DNA of 64,000 nt from contig DATFWL010000130.1 of the NCBI GenBank assembly GCA_035259385.1, positions 33,319 to 97,318 of the forward strand, written 5' to 3'. Of this stretch, positions 1 through 10,400 are shown in pieces. The number at the start of each line of letters is the position of its first letter. The first letter of the stretch is position 1. The position numbers and the translations under genes were made by a program. A model generated the notes under the pieces. The model had not been told where the DNA came from. It did no database searches and was given only the letters and a program-made list of their open reading frames with translations. Origin of the DNA: Vicinamibacterales bacterium (GTDB lineage Bacteria; Acidobacteriota; Vicinamibacteria; Vicinamibacterales; CAVVIG01).

Positions 1-2
1 CG

Positions 3-359
3 AAGACGCCCGACCCGAGCTCGGGACTGGCGCCAACCGAGGAGCGGTTCTCCACGTTCGCGCCGGAGCTGTCCTTCAACTTCGGCAACGGGCACGGCTG
101 GAGCTATCTGAGTGGCGGTGTCGGCGCGGCCAACTGGTCGATTGTCCCGGAGGGACATGAAAAAGGGCCTGCCGATCTGGAACGGCTCAAAACGTTCAAC
201 TACGGCGGCGGCGCGCGCTGGTTCGTGAGGCCGCATCTCGCGTTCAGCCTCGACGTCCGGATCTACGTGATCAGTCCCGGCACACCATACTTCCAGGGCG
301 CACTCGGCGGCCCGCACACCAACCTCCTCATCATCGGCGCGGGCATCTCGGTCAAGTGA
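3..359 (+). CDS. hypothetical protein, C-terminal fragment (possibly an outer-membrane beta-barrel)
   Basis: Open frame enters from the left edge and ends at TGA 357-359. Strong G/C third-position bias. Beta-strand-like alternating stretches (HLAFSLDVRIYVIS, NLLIIGAGISV). No start in the window; the function is a guess. Confidence 0.45.
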   Translation, partial: KTPDPSSGLAPTEERFSTFAPELSFNFGNGHGWSYLSGGVGAANWSIVPEGHEKGPADLERLKTFNYGGGARWFVRPHLAFSLDVRIYVISPGTPYFQGALGGPHTNLLIIGAGISVK

Positions 360-371
360 GACTGACGCAGA

Positions 372-400
372 GGTTCTAGAACCTTAGAACCTTAGAAACC
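372..400. repeat. short palindrome plus tandem words (ggttctagaacc ttagaacc ttagaaacc)
   Basis: Read directly. ggttctagaacc is a perfect palindrome followed by ttagaacc-type repeats, between convergent genes. It overlaps the last 8 codons and stop of the permease gene. Confidence 0.8.
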
Positions 401-2825
401 TGAGGACTTCGTTCGGGTCGATCCGCGTCGCGCGGCGGGCCGGAAGGTAGCTTGCGAGCAGGGCGACGAAGAGCAGTACGAAGGGCGCTGCGATAAATGT
501 GGCTGGATCGCCGGCGCTGACGTCGAAGAGGAGACCGCGAATCAGTCGCGCCGCGGCAGCGGCGAGGAGCGAACCGACGACGACCCCGGCGAGCCCGAGA
601 CGGCCGCCTTCCTCGACGACCATGCGAACGACGTCGCCCGGGCGCGCGCCGATCGCCATGCGCACGCCGATCTCGTGGGTGCGCTGCGCGACCGAGTACG
701 CCACGACGCCGTAGACGCCGACGGTCGCGAGCGCAAGCGCGAGGCCGCCGAGCAGCGAGAACAGCAGCAGGTTGAGGCGTCGATCCGACGTCGAGTCAGC
801 CATCACCTGTTCCATCGTCGCGACGTCGGAGATGCCGAGGTTCGGATCGACGCCCTGGACCGCGGCGCGGGCGTAGCTCGTGGCCGCGCGCGGGTCGCCG
901 GTGGTTCGCAGCACCCACGTGAGCGTCGTCACCGCTGGCGTGTCGGTGCCGCCATATCGGAACTGCGTGTGCGGTCGGTACATCTCAGGGCGTGGTACGG
1001 CGTCGAGCCCGAGATGATGCACGTCGGCGACGACCCCGATGATCGTGATCCACCGATCGTTGCGGCCCATGGTGAGGCGCCGGCCGATTGGGTTCTCGCC
1101 GGGCCAGAATCGCTTCGCCATCGCCTCGTTGATCACGATCGCCGGCAGCGTGTCCGCCCGATCCGCGTCGGTGAAGGTGCGCCCGGCCCTGACCGCGATA
1201 CCCATGGCTTCGAAGTATCCGGGCGTCACCACCTGCCAGTCGGCCGCGCGGTCGAGCCGCCGCGTCGGCGCATCGCCTTCGAGGACGATGCTCCAGTCGC
1301 CGCGCGTCGTGGCGAGCGGAAGCCCGGTGACGCCGCCCGCGCTCTGCACGCCGGGCGATTCGCGCAGGCGGCGGCCGATGTCCGCGTACGCCCGCACCAT
1401 CGAGGCCGCGTCCGGATACCGCGCCGGCGGGAGCGACGTACGGAGCGTCAGCACCTGGGTCGCATTGAAACCGGCATCGACCGCAAGGAGGCGCGTGAAG
1501 CTGCGCGCCAGCAGCATCGCGGAGGCGACCAGCGCCACCGACACCGCCACCTCGGCGACGACGAGGCCGCGGCGGAGCCATCCGGAGCTGACGCGCGAGT
1601 CGCGGCCGCCTTCCTTCAGCATCGGCTGAAGATCAGCGCGCGCCGACTGCAGCGCCGGCGCGAGCCCGAACACGATCCCGGTGACGATTGAGATCGCCGC
1701 CGTGAACAGGAGAACGCGTCCGTCGAGCGCGATCTCCTGCACGCGGGGAATCTTGAGCGGATCGAGCGCCGCGAGCGCGCGCGTGAGCGCGACCGCGATG
1801 GCGATGCCGGCCGCGCCGCCGGCGAGCGCCAGGACGAGCGATTCGGCGAGCAGCTGCATCACGATGCGCCGGCGATCGGCGCCGAGAACCGATCGGATCG
1901 CGATCTCCTTCTGTCGCGACTCCGAGCGCGCCAGCATCAGGTTCGCCACGTTCGCGCAGGCGATGAGGAGGACCGATCCGACGGCGAGCAGCAGGACGAA
2001 CAGCGCGGGCCGAACGGCCCCGAACACTTCGGTCGGCGCGTCCACGAGCGTCAGGCCGAACTCGCGGTCGTACATGTTCGGATACCGCTCGACGAAGCCG
2101 CGAGTGAGCGTGTCGACCTCGGCCTGCGCCTGTGCGAGGCCGACGCCCGGCTTCAGGCGGCCGAGTGCGTTGAAGCCGTGATTGCCGCGCTCCTGCGGGT
2201 TCACCGGGCCGAGCGCGATCGGCACCCACACCTGCGGCGCCGTGCGGCACGCGTAGTCGAGCGGCAGCCGCAGCGCCGCCGGCAGCACGCCGACGACGGT
2301 GTAAGGCGCGGCGTCGAGCTGAATCGTCCGGCCGACAATCGCCGGATCCGATCCGAACTGCGATCGCCAGAGTCCTTCGGTCAGGATCACGACGTGCTCG
2401 CGGCCGGGCTCGTCCTCTTCCGAGGTGAACACGCGCCCGACCAGCGGTCGGGCGCCGAGTGCGGCGAAGATCTCCGGCTGCACCTGGGCGGCCAGCACGC
2501 GCAGCGGCTCTCCCGCGCCGGTCAGGTTGAACGACGTGTTGAAGAACGCGCTGACGTGCTCGAGCGATCGCAGGTGCTGCTGGTAGTCGGCCACCTCGGC
2601 CTGCGATACCCAGGTCTTCGTCCAGTTGATCCAGTGACTCCACAGGAGCACGACGCGATCAGGCTGGTCGTACGGCAGCGGACGCAGCACGACGGCGTTG
2701 ACGATGCCGAAGATCGCCGTGTTGGCGCCGATTCCCAGCGCCAGCGTCAGCAGCGCGACCAGCGCGAATCCCGGCTGTTTCGTCAGCGTTCGCAGCGCGT
2801 ACCGCACGTCCTGGATCAGCGTCAT
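384..2825 (-). CDS. ABC transporter permease, MacB-like FtsX family with duplicated permease domain (acidobacterial ADOP type)
   Basis: 813-aa ORF. The N-terminus [39 protein letters not shown] is the classic MacB/FtsX start. There are two FtsX-type TM blocks (…[30 protein letters not shown]… and …[22 protein letters not shown]…), each preceded by a large periplasmic domain. Confidence 0.9.
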   Translation of the reverse strand: MTLIQDVRYALRTLTKQPGFALVALLTLALGIGANTAIFGIVNAVVLRPLPYDQPDRVVLLWSHWINWTKTWVSQAEVADYQQHLRSLEHVSAFFNTSFNLTGAGEPLRVLAAQVQPEIFAALGARPLVGRVFTSEEDEPGREHVVILTEGLWRSQFGSDPAIVGRTIQLDAAPYTVVGVLPAALRLPLDYACRTAPQVWVPIALGPVNPQERGNHGFNALGRLKPGVGLAQAQAEVDTLTRGFVERYPNMYDREFGLTLVDAPTEVFGAVRPALFVLLLAVGSVLLIACANVANLMLARSESRQKEIAIRSVLGADRRRIVMQLLAESLVLALAGGAAGIAIAVALTRALAALDPLKIPRVQEIALDGRVLLFTAAISIVTGIVFGLAPALQSARADLQPMLKEGGRDSRVSSGWLRRGLVVAEVAVSVALVASAMLLARSFTRLLAVDAGFNATQVLTLRTSLPPARYPDAASMVRAYADIGRRLRESPGVQSAGGVTGLPLATTRGDWSIVLEGDAPTRRLDRAADWQVVTPGYFEAMGIAVRAGRTFTDADRADTLPAIVINEAMAKRFWPGENPIGRRLTMGRNDRWITIIGVVADVHHLGLDAVPRPEMYRPHTQFRYGGTDTPAVTTLTWVLRTTGDPRAATSYARAAVQGVDPNLGISDVATMEQVMADSTSDRRLNLLLFSLLGGLALALATVGVYGVVAYSVAQRTHEIGVRMAIGARPGDVVRMVVEEGGRLGLAGVVVGSLLAAAAARLIRGLLFDVSAGDPATFIAAPFVLLFVALLASYLPARRATRIDPNEVLRFLRF

Positions 2826-2901
2826 CGCAGAGAACCCCCAGGCCTGCTTAGACGATCGTGCGGTAGCGTGCGGTTGTCAGGCGAGTCCGTGAGACCGACA
2901 G

Positions 2902-2978
2902 GCCCGTGGGCTGGGTTGGGGAGGGCTCGCGTTTCGCGCGAGCAGGCCCATCGGTCTTCCCCAACCCAGCCTACGGGC
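2902..2978. repeat. nested inverted repeat (21-nt arms gcccgtgggctgggttgggga / tccccaacccagcctacgggc)
   Basis: The arms are reverse complements with 1 mismatch. The loop contains a second hairpin, gctcgcg-tttcg-cgcgagc. It lies between two minus-strand genes. Confidence 0.85.
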
Positions 2979-2998
2979 CCACACTCCTGCCCTCCGCG

Positions 2999-3628
2999 TC
3001 ACTCGAACGAGAACGGCGGGTACTCGTCGACCATCAGCAGCACGTAGGCCTCGACGCGGACGACCCACCGCAGCACCGCGGCGCCGAAGTCGTACAAGCC
3101 CTGCGGGTAGTCGCCAGTGATCAGGATCAGGACCCACGACACGAACGACGTCACCCACCACGCGAACACCAGGAAGAACAGCGCGACGAAATGCGGGATC
3201 GCGAGAAGGATTCGGAAGCCGACGCTGAGGCGGTCCCTCGACGGCGGGTCGGCGATGGTCAACGCCGTCGGGTAGTCGCCGTCCCCGAACGGCGGATAGC
3301 GATCGGCGAGCAGCATCATGTAGGCGAGCGCACGCACGCGCCAGCGCAGGTAGAAGCGCGTGTAGCGGCGGACCACGTTGATGTGCACGCCGGAGATCAC
3401 GATCGTGAACCAGCTGACGATGGCCAGCAGCCACGCCACGCTGCCCAGCAGGCCGGCCTCACCGCCCAGCGACAGCGCATCCCTGTTCCGGGTGCTCGAT
3501 GCCACGCTGAAGCCGACGAAGCCGACGAAGATCATGTGCGGAATCGCGAGCAGCAGGCGCAGCGCCACCGTCAGGCGATCACGGCCGCGGTACTGCGGCT
3601 CGATGGTGACAACGACCGGATACGGCAC
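2999..3628 (-). CDS. DUF4389 domain-containing membrane protein
   Basis: Two repeated units of type R(D)RLxVxxRxLLAIPHxxxxxF followed by TM segments and DxYPPF. I place the start at GTG 3626-3628 (MPYPVVVTIEPQY…), because the longer ORF to 3781 is Arg-rich and overlaps the next gene's start. Confidence 0.65.
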   Translation of the reverse strand: MPYPVVVTIEPQYRGRDRLTVALRLLLAIPHMIFVGFVGFSVASSTRNRDALSLGGEAGLLGSVAWLLAIVSWFTIVISGVHINVVRRYTRFYLRWRVRALAYMMLLADRYPPFGDGDYPTALTIADPPSRDRLSVGFRILLAIPHFVALFFLVFAWWVTSFVSWVLILITGDYPQGLYDFGAAVLRWVVRVEAYVLLMVDEYPPFSFE

Positions 3629-3656
3629 GCGGCACAGTGTGCCATGATTCGCCCGT

Positions 3657-5651
3657 ATGCGAGTCGGGATTGCGATCGCGCTCTCGCTGCTGGTGTCGGG
3701 CACGACGGTCCGGCTTCCCGCCGTCGCGCGCGGCGCTCCGGCGCGCCGGCAGCCGGACCGTGATCCGATCGAACGGAGCACGCTGCGGCTGCATTACGTC
3801 GGCAAGGCCATCGGCTACGAGCGTTATTCGATCTCCCCGGACGGCGACGGCGTCGCGCTCTCTTCCGACTTCGACTTCACCGATCGCGGCGGCCGCGTGC
3901 AGCTGAGGGCGACCGTGCGCACGAAGCGCGACTACACGCCGGTGGCCTTCAAGGCGACGGGAAGGAGCTACCGGTTCGTCAACGTCGACTCCGACATCCG
4001 CATCGACGGCGGCGACGCGGTCGTCCGCGCCGATGGCGCCGAGACGCGCGTTCCGATGCCGCCGCCGTTCTTCACCGTGGACGGCTACGCGCCCTTTGCC
4101 GCGCAGATGCTGATGCTGCGCTACTGGAAGGCTCACGGCCAGCCGCGTCAGCTGCGGACGGTGCCAGGACTGCCGGTCAACGAGGTCGTCATCGAGGCGC
4201 GCGGCCGCGACGCGATGCGCGTCGGCGACCGGGACGTGCGTCTCGAGCGCTACGTGATCGACGGCGTCGTCTGGGGGCGCGAGACCATCTGGTTGGACGA
4301 GCAGGGCGCGCTCGCCGCAGCGATCACCAGGGCCGGCGGCCTCGGCTTCGAAGCGGTGCGGGAGGATCTCGAGCCTGCGCTCGCCGGCTTCATCGACAGC
4401 GGGACGCGCGATCGTATTGGCGATCTCGAAGCCATCACCGGTCAGGTGCGGCTGCTCACGACCGGCACCTACGCGATGGTCGGCGCGACGATTGTTGACG
4501 GCACGGGGCGTCCGCCGATCGCCGATGGCGTCGTCGTCGTCCGCGGCGGGAAGATCGCAGACGTCGGTCCGCGCAGCGACGTGAGGATTCCCGCCGATGC
4601 GGCCGCGGTTGACGTGTCGGGCAGGACCGTGATTCCCGGCCTGTGGGACATGCACACGCACGTGACCCAGATCGAGTGGGCGCCGGTGTATCTGGCCGCC
4701 GGCGTGACCACGGTCCGCGACATGGGCAACGAGTTCGCGTTCATCACCGCGCTGCGCGACTCGATCGAATCGCGGCGCTCGCTCGGTCCGCGCCTGCTGC
4801 TCGCTGGTCTCGTCGACGGCGGCGGCCCGAACGCGTTCGGCACAGAGTACGCGGCGACGCCGGACGAAGCCAGGCGTGTCGTCGCGAAGTATCACGACGC
4901 CGGATTTCAGCAGATCAAGATCTACAGCCTGGTAACGCCGCCGATCGTCGAGGCGCTCTCAGCAGAGGCGCATCGGCTGGGGATGACCGTCACTGGCCAC
5001 GTGCCGAATGGGATGACGATCGAACAGGGCGTCACCGCCGGGATGGATCAGATCGCGCACCTGCCGATTCGCGGCGAGGCGGCCTCCGACGAGGTGAAAC
5101 GCACGATTCAGTTCCTGCGCGAGCACGGGACCGTCGTCGATCCGACGCAGTCGTGGAACGAGCTCCTCGGACACGCGGCCGGGACGCCAGTGGCCGCATT
5201 TCAGCCGGGCATCGACAACGTCCCGCCGCCGCTCAATCGTCTGTTCTCGAACGCAGGCACGGCTGGCATCGATGCGGCGACGGCTCGCACACGCCTCGAG
5301 CGTACGCTGCGCATCGTCAAGGCGCTTCATCGCGCGGGCGTGCCGGTCGTCGCCGGTACGGACGAAGGTGTTCCCGGCCACAGCGTACACCGCGAGATCG
5401 AGCTGTATGCGGCAGCCGGCTTCACGCCGATGGAGGCCCTCCAGGCGGCGACGATCGTCTCCGCGCGCGCGATGAAGCTGGACGCCGAGTCCGGCACGAT
5501 CGAGCGCGGCAAGCGCGCTGACTTCGTCGTCCTCGACGCGAACCCGCTCGACTCGATCCGGAACATCCGTCGCGTGCGCTGGACCGTCCGCGACGGCCGC
5601 GTTTACGACGCGAGCGCGCTGTGGAAGAGCGTGCGCTTCGTGCCCCAGTAA
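3657..5651 (+). CDS. amidohydrolase family protein (secreted, metal-dependent hydrolase fold)
   Basis: Signal peptide MRVGIAIALSLLVSGTT…. Has IPGLWDMHTHV (the HxH metal motif), a C-terminal GTDEGVPGH…, and …GKRADFVVLDANPL typical of the family. Confidence 0.85.
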   Translation: MRVGIAIALSLLVSGTTVRLPAVARGAPARRQPDRDPIERSTLRLHYVGKAIGYERYSISPDGDGVALSSDFDFTDRGGRVQLRATVRTKRDYTPVAFKATGRSYRFVNVDSDIRIDGGDAVVRADGAETRVPMPPPFFTVDGYAPFAAQMLMLRYWKAHGQPRQLRTVPGLPVNEVVIEARGRDAMRVGDRDVRLERYVIDGVVWGRETIWLDEQGALAAAITRAGGLGFEAVREDLEPALAGFIDSGTRDRIGDLEAITGQVRLLTTGTYAMVGATIVDGTGRPPIADGVVVVRGGKIADVGPRSDVRIPADAAAVDVSGRTVIPGLWDMHTHVTQIEWAPVYLAAGVTTVRDMGNEFAFITALRDSIESRRSLGPRLLLAGLVDGGGPNAFGTEYAATPDEARRVVAKYHDAGFQQIKIYSLVTPPIVEALSAEAHRLGMTVTGHVPNGMTIEQGVTAGMDQIAHLPIRGEAASDEVKRTIQFLREHGTVVDPTQSWNELLGHAAGTPVAAFQPGIDNVPPPLNRLFSNAGTAGIDAATARTRLERTLRIVKALHRAGVPVVAGTDEGVPGHSVHREIELYAAAGFTPMEALQAATIVSARAMKLDAESGTIERGKRADFVVLDANPLDSIRNIRRVRWTVRDGRVYDASALWKSVRFVPQ

Positions 5652-5680
5652 TTTCGAATTAAGGAAGTAAGAATTCTCAA
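5652..5680. repeat. AT-rich word element (atttcgaattaaggaagtaagaattctcaatt)
   Basis: Same aagaatt/gaattc word family as 13168-13278 and 33007-33106. It fills the entire gap between two convergent stop codons. Confidence 0.75.
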
Positions 5681-7267
5681 TTACGACGTTTTCGAGTACG
5701 TCATCGTCCGCGTCGTCGACTGACCGCCCGACTCGAGGTCGCGGACGACCGTCAGCGTGCGGCCATTGACGCTCAGCATGTCGCGGCCCCAGTTCATGCC
5801 TTGCTTGTAATGCAGGTGCAGCGTCGTGCCGTCCCAGTGGGCGCGTGTCTTGAGCGCCATCACGTCTCCGGGCGGCGTTGACACCGTCTTCCCGTCGATC
5901 GTGTATTTCGCCACCTTGCCGCCGATCTCGACCGACACGCTGTCCGCCGTCTGAGTGATCGCGACGGCTCCCGGCGCCTGCGCGAACAGCGTTTCGGCGT
6001 ACGGGCCGGCGATGCCGCCGCCACCGGCGCCGCGCCCGCGCCCCGCCGCGACCGGCGGCTCCGCGCTGCCGAGCGTCCACGTCCCGCTGAACGTGGCGCC
6101 GCCGCCTGTGCTCGACAGATCGTTCGTCGGCGGCGCGATGCCCGCGGCCGACAGCGTCGCCGCCGCGCGCGGCATCAGCGGCTGCGGCTTGTAGATATGT
6201 GTGGGATCGGCTCCCGGCCGCGGCCGGAACTTCTGCGAGCGGCCGCCGAAGACCTCGGCGGTGTAGAGATTGCCGTCGGTGTCGGCGCCGAACTCGTGCA
6301 CCGCCCAGAAGAATCCCGGCGTCGTGCCATGCGTGCCCCACGCGTACAGCAGATGCCCCTGGAGGTCGTACTTCAGCATCTTGTCGAGCGGTCCGGAGAA
6401 GACCCACAGAAACTGATCGTCGCTGATGCGGATGTTGTACGGCTGCTGGATGTTCGGAAATGCGTCGAGGTAGCTGCCGTTCTCGTCGAAGACCTGGATG
6501 CGGTTGTTGGCGCGATCGGAGACGTAGACCTTGCGGGTGCGATCGATCGTGATCGAGTGCGGTGTGTTGAACTGGCTCGGCCCGGTGCCGCGCGTGCCCC
6601 AGCTCTTGATGAACTTCCCGTCCTTGTCGAACTTCGCCACGCGCGTATTGCCGTAGCCGTCGCTGACGAAGAAAGTGCCATCCGGCAGCCAGGCGATGTC
6701 GGTCGGCCGCTTGAAATGCGTGCCGTCGCTGCCCGCCTCGTCGCGCGTGCCGAGCACCATCAACAGCTTCTTGCCGTCGTTGGTGAACTTGAAGATCTGG
6801 TGGTGGATGTCGTCCACGATCCAGACGTCGTGCTGCGGATCGTACGGGCTCATCAGCACCGAATGCGGACCGCGTCCGTCTTCGAACAGGTAATCCCACT
6901 GCGTCCACGATTCGACCGCCTTCCCCTGGCCGTCGACGACGACGATGCAGTTGCGGAATTCGGGCGTGGGTGTGGTGGCCTGCTCGCCGAACGATCCCCA
7001 GAAGCCGGTGAACCCGGGCGGCGTCGTGGCCGGCAGCTTCAGCTCGCCGCGATTGGCGATGAAGATGCGAGTCGGACTCTCCGCAAAGATGCCCCCGGTC
7101 GAACCCCAGATGTAGCCGGACTTGGCGAACGCCAGCGGCTGCGGCCAGCCGGTCACGACGTCGTAGGGCCCGGTGCGGTCGTCGCCGCCCTTTTCCTGGA
7201 GGAGCGCGCCGGCGGACAGGGCGAGGACGGCTGATGCGGTGAGGAGGGCACTGATCGCTGCGCGCAT
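5681..7267 (-). CDS. NHL repeat-containing six-bladed beta-propeller protein (secreted)
   Basis: NHL-type repeats (…VYVSDRANNRIQVFDENGSYL…, …FFVSDGYGNTRVAKFDKDGKF…). Start chosen at ATG 7265-7267 (MRAAISALLTASAVLALSAGA, a signal peptide), preceded by GGGAGG. Paralog of 47852-48991. Confidence 0.85.
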   Translation of the reverse strand: MRAAISALLTASAVLALSAGALLQEKGGDDRTGPYDVVTGWPQPLAFAKSGYIWGSTGGIFAESPTRIFIANRGELKLPATTPPGFTGFWGSFGEQATTPTPEFRNCIVVVDGQGKAVESWTQWDYLFEDGRGPHSVLMSPYDPQHDVWIVDDIHHQIFKFTNDGKKLLMVLGTRDEAGSDGTHFKRPTDIAWLPDGTFFVSDGYGNTRVAKFDKDGKFIKSWGTRGTGPSQFNTPHSITIDRTRKVYVSDRANNRIQVFDENGSYLDAFPNIQQPYNIRISDDQFLWVFSGPLDKMLKYDLQGHLLYAWGTHGTTPGFFWAVHEFGADTDGNLYTAEVFGGRSQKFRPRPGADPTHIYKPQPLMPRAAATLSAAGIAPPTNDLSSTGGGATFSGTWTLGSAEPPVAAGRGRGAGGGGIAGPYAETLFAQAPGAVAITQTADSVSVEIGGKVAKYTIDGKTVSTPPGDVMALKTRAHWDGTTLHLHYKQGMNWGRDMLSVNGRTLTVVRDLESGGQSTTRTMTYSKTS

Positions 7268-7286
7268 GAGGAACCTCCCTATAACG

Positions 7287-7310
7287 GTGCCAGGCACGTG
7301 CCTGGCACCT
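7287..7310. promoter_or_regulatory. perfect 24-nt palindrome GGTGCCAGGCAC|GTGCCTGGCACC (candidate operator or 5'-UTR hairpin)
   Basis: Read directly. It lies 20 nt upstream of the NHL gene start and SD, in the divergent region shared with the TonB-dependent receptor gene. Confidence 0.5.
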
Positions 7311-7437
7311 CGCCGATCCGGATTGTTGGAGATCGACTCGCCGGTAATCGCGCCGAGCATCTCACGATGCTCCGTGCACTGCAACGGGGCGTATGATGCG
7401 CGCAACGAACCCCGGTTTGTTCGCTAAGGAGGCACCG

Positions 7438-10400
7438 ATGGCGATCGAACGGCTACTTCGGCGGGTTTTCGTTGGCGTCTCTCTCGTCTTCCTCCTACCC
7501 AGCGGCGTTCTCGCACAGAGTGCAATCGCAGGCGTCGTAAGAGATACGACTGGTGCCGTCTTGCCTGGCGTCACCGTCGAAGTCGCCAGCCCGGCGCTGA
7601 TCGAGGGGACGCGGTCCGCGATCTCCGATTCACAGGGGCAGTACAAGATTCTCGACCTGCGCCCGGGAACCTACAGCGTGACCTTCACGCTGCCCGGATT
7701 CTCGACCGTGAAGCGCGACGGCGTCGAGCTGCCGGCCAATTTCACCGCGCCGGTGAACGGCGAGCTGAAGGTCGGGTCGCTCGAAGAAACGGTCACCGTC
7801 TCGGGCGCCTCGCCGGTGGTCGACGTGCAGCAGGCGGTCACGCAGCAGGTGCTGCCGCAGGCGCTGCTCGACGCGGTGCCGACCGGCGGACGCAACATCC
7901 AGTCGATCGGCGCGACGCTGGTCGGCGTGACGCAGTCGCAGCCCGACGTTGGCGGCGCGCAGGGGATGCAGCAGACCTATCTCGCCGCGCACGGCAGCGA
8001 TCCGAAAGACAACTACATCATGGTCGACGGGATTCGCCTGAACGGCATCGAAGGCGACGGCGCGATCCAGCAGTACTTCAACGAGGGCATGTTCTCGGAA
8101 ATGAGTTATCAGACGGGCGGAATCTCCGCCGAGTCCTCCGGCGGCGGCGTGCGGCTGAACATGATCCCGAAGGACGGCGGCAACACGCTCAGAGGCGACG
8201 TGTTCTTCTCGGCGACTGGCATCGATCTGCAGGCGAATCCGCTGACGCAGGATCTGATCGATCAGGGGCTGCAGGCCGGCAACGCGCTCGAGAGCATTCA
8301 CGACCTGAACGTCTCGGCGGGCGGGCCGATCGTCAAGAGCCGCCTCTGGTTCTTCGGATCGACGCGCCACTGGGGTGTGAACCAGACGCTGGCCAACTCG
8401 TTTTATCCGGCGGTGCCGTTCACGCCGACGGACACCAGCTTCGTGCCGGATCGAACGAATCAGGCTGTGGACAACAACCTGATCAAGAGTTACATGACGC
8501 GCTTCACCTGGCAGGTGAGCCCGAAGAACAAGCTCGCCTTCTACTTCGACAGGCTGATCAAGTTCCGCGGACACGAGCAGAACAGCGCCGTCGCGGGCGG
8601 CGTCTCGGTGTGGTCCGAGGACACGTTCAGCACGCGGCAGCCGAAGCAGTACTACATGACCGAGGCGAAATGGACGGGTGTGTGGTCGACGCGACTGCTC
8701 TTCGAGGCCGGGATCGGCGTCAACAACGAGTCCTACACGACCGGCGAACTGCAGCCCGGCCTCGAGGACTGTCTCGCCGCCGGCACGTGCAACCCGATAC
8801 CGAAGTTCAACGTCACCGACGGCCAGGAGTGGGGCGCGCCGCCGACGCCGTTCTACGTCCATACGCCAGTGCGCGGCACCGCGATCACGTCGCTCTCCTA
8901 CGTGACCGGATCCCATGCCTTCAAGACCGGTTTCGAGTTGTCGCACGGCAAGAGCGGCCTGCAGCGCCGGTGGCAGAATCCCAACATCAACTTCTACCAG
9001 CGCTATCGAACCACCAACGGCGTCACCGCGCCCGTGCAGGTGACGATCTTCAACACCCCGACCGAGGAGTTCGACAATCTGAACGCCGATCTCGGCATCT
9101 ACGTTCAGGACACCTGGACGCTGAAGAAGCTGACGCTCACGCCGGGAGTGCGCTGGGAGTACTTCAACGCCAGCTATCCGGACGAAGGCGTCTCCAGGGA
9201 GTCGCAGGCGCTGATGCTCGCCGAGGGCTATCAGGAGCGTGTGTTGTTCCCGGGGCAGACGATGCCGACGTTCAAGAACGTCGCGCCCCGATTCGGCGCG
9301 TCGTACGACGTGTTCGGCGACGGCAAGACGGCGATCAAGGCGAGCGTCGCGCGCTACAACTCGGCGTTCTCGACGGTCACCTTCCCGCAGGTCTACAACC
9401 CGATGGTGCTGTCCACCGACACGCGCAACTGGCTGAACCCGGCCGCCACCAACAACGTCTTCATCCCGGGCGTCAGCCAGCTCGGACCGTCCACGAACTC
9501 GTCGTTCGGGCTGATCACGCGCACTCCGGATCCGAACATCTCGCGGCCGTACAACGTCGAGATGACGGTGAGCGGACAGCGCGAGATCCGGCCGGGCATG
9601 TCGGCGAGCTTCGGCTACTTCCATCGGCACTACTACAACCTGCTCTATACGGACAACACCGCGCTCGACGTGCCCGATGCGTTCTCGCCGATCACGATTC
9701 AGAATCCGTGCTACGCGCTGACGGGCGGAGCGAAGCCGTGCGGCGGCAACCAGCCGCAGACGCTGACGATCTACAAGATCAATCCGTCGCTCGTCGGCAA
9801 AGGCGCGCCGGTCATCGACCGGAACTCGCCGAACAACTATCGCGTGTACAACGGCATCGAGGGCTCGTTGATGGCTCGCCTGCACGGCGGCGCGCAGGTG
9901 TTCGGCGGCTTCCTCACCGCCCGGCAGATCTCGAGGCTGTGCGACTCGACCGACGGTACCGGGACGATCGCCTTCGCGCAGGCGTCGAACCCGAACTACA
10001 CGCTCTATTGCGATCAGACGCAGTTCGACATTCCGTTCCGCACGCAGTTCAAGCTGGGCGGCACCTACCCGCTGCCGTACGGCCTGAACGTCAGCGGCAC
10101 GTTCCAGAGTTACCCGGGAACGCGCAACTACGGCTCGGGCGCGACCAACTTCGACTACCTGCAGCAGACCTATCTCGTGCCGACGGCGCTGCTCACGCCG
10201 GGGCAGGCGCAGGAGACAATCAACCTGAACACGCCCGGCAGTCTGTACCTGCAGCGGTGGAACCAGCTCGACTTGCGCTTCGCGAAGAAGTTCAAGCTGC
10301 CGGGCGGGAACGGCTACTGGCAACTCCAGGGCGACGTGTTCAATGCGCTGAACGCGCATCCGCTGCTGGCCGTGACGACCAACTGGGGGACCGCGCTTGG

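Noticed and set aside
7296-7343. TGGCAC inside the 24-nt palindrome, and TGGAGA-tcgac-TCGC at 7329-7343, as possible sigma-54 promoters for the TonB receptor or NHL gene.
   Set aside because: The palindrome has no GC dinucleotide at the -12 spacing on either strand. The second site has correct spacing but TCGC instead of TTGC and a weak -24 element, which is too weak to call.
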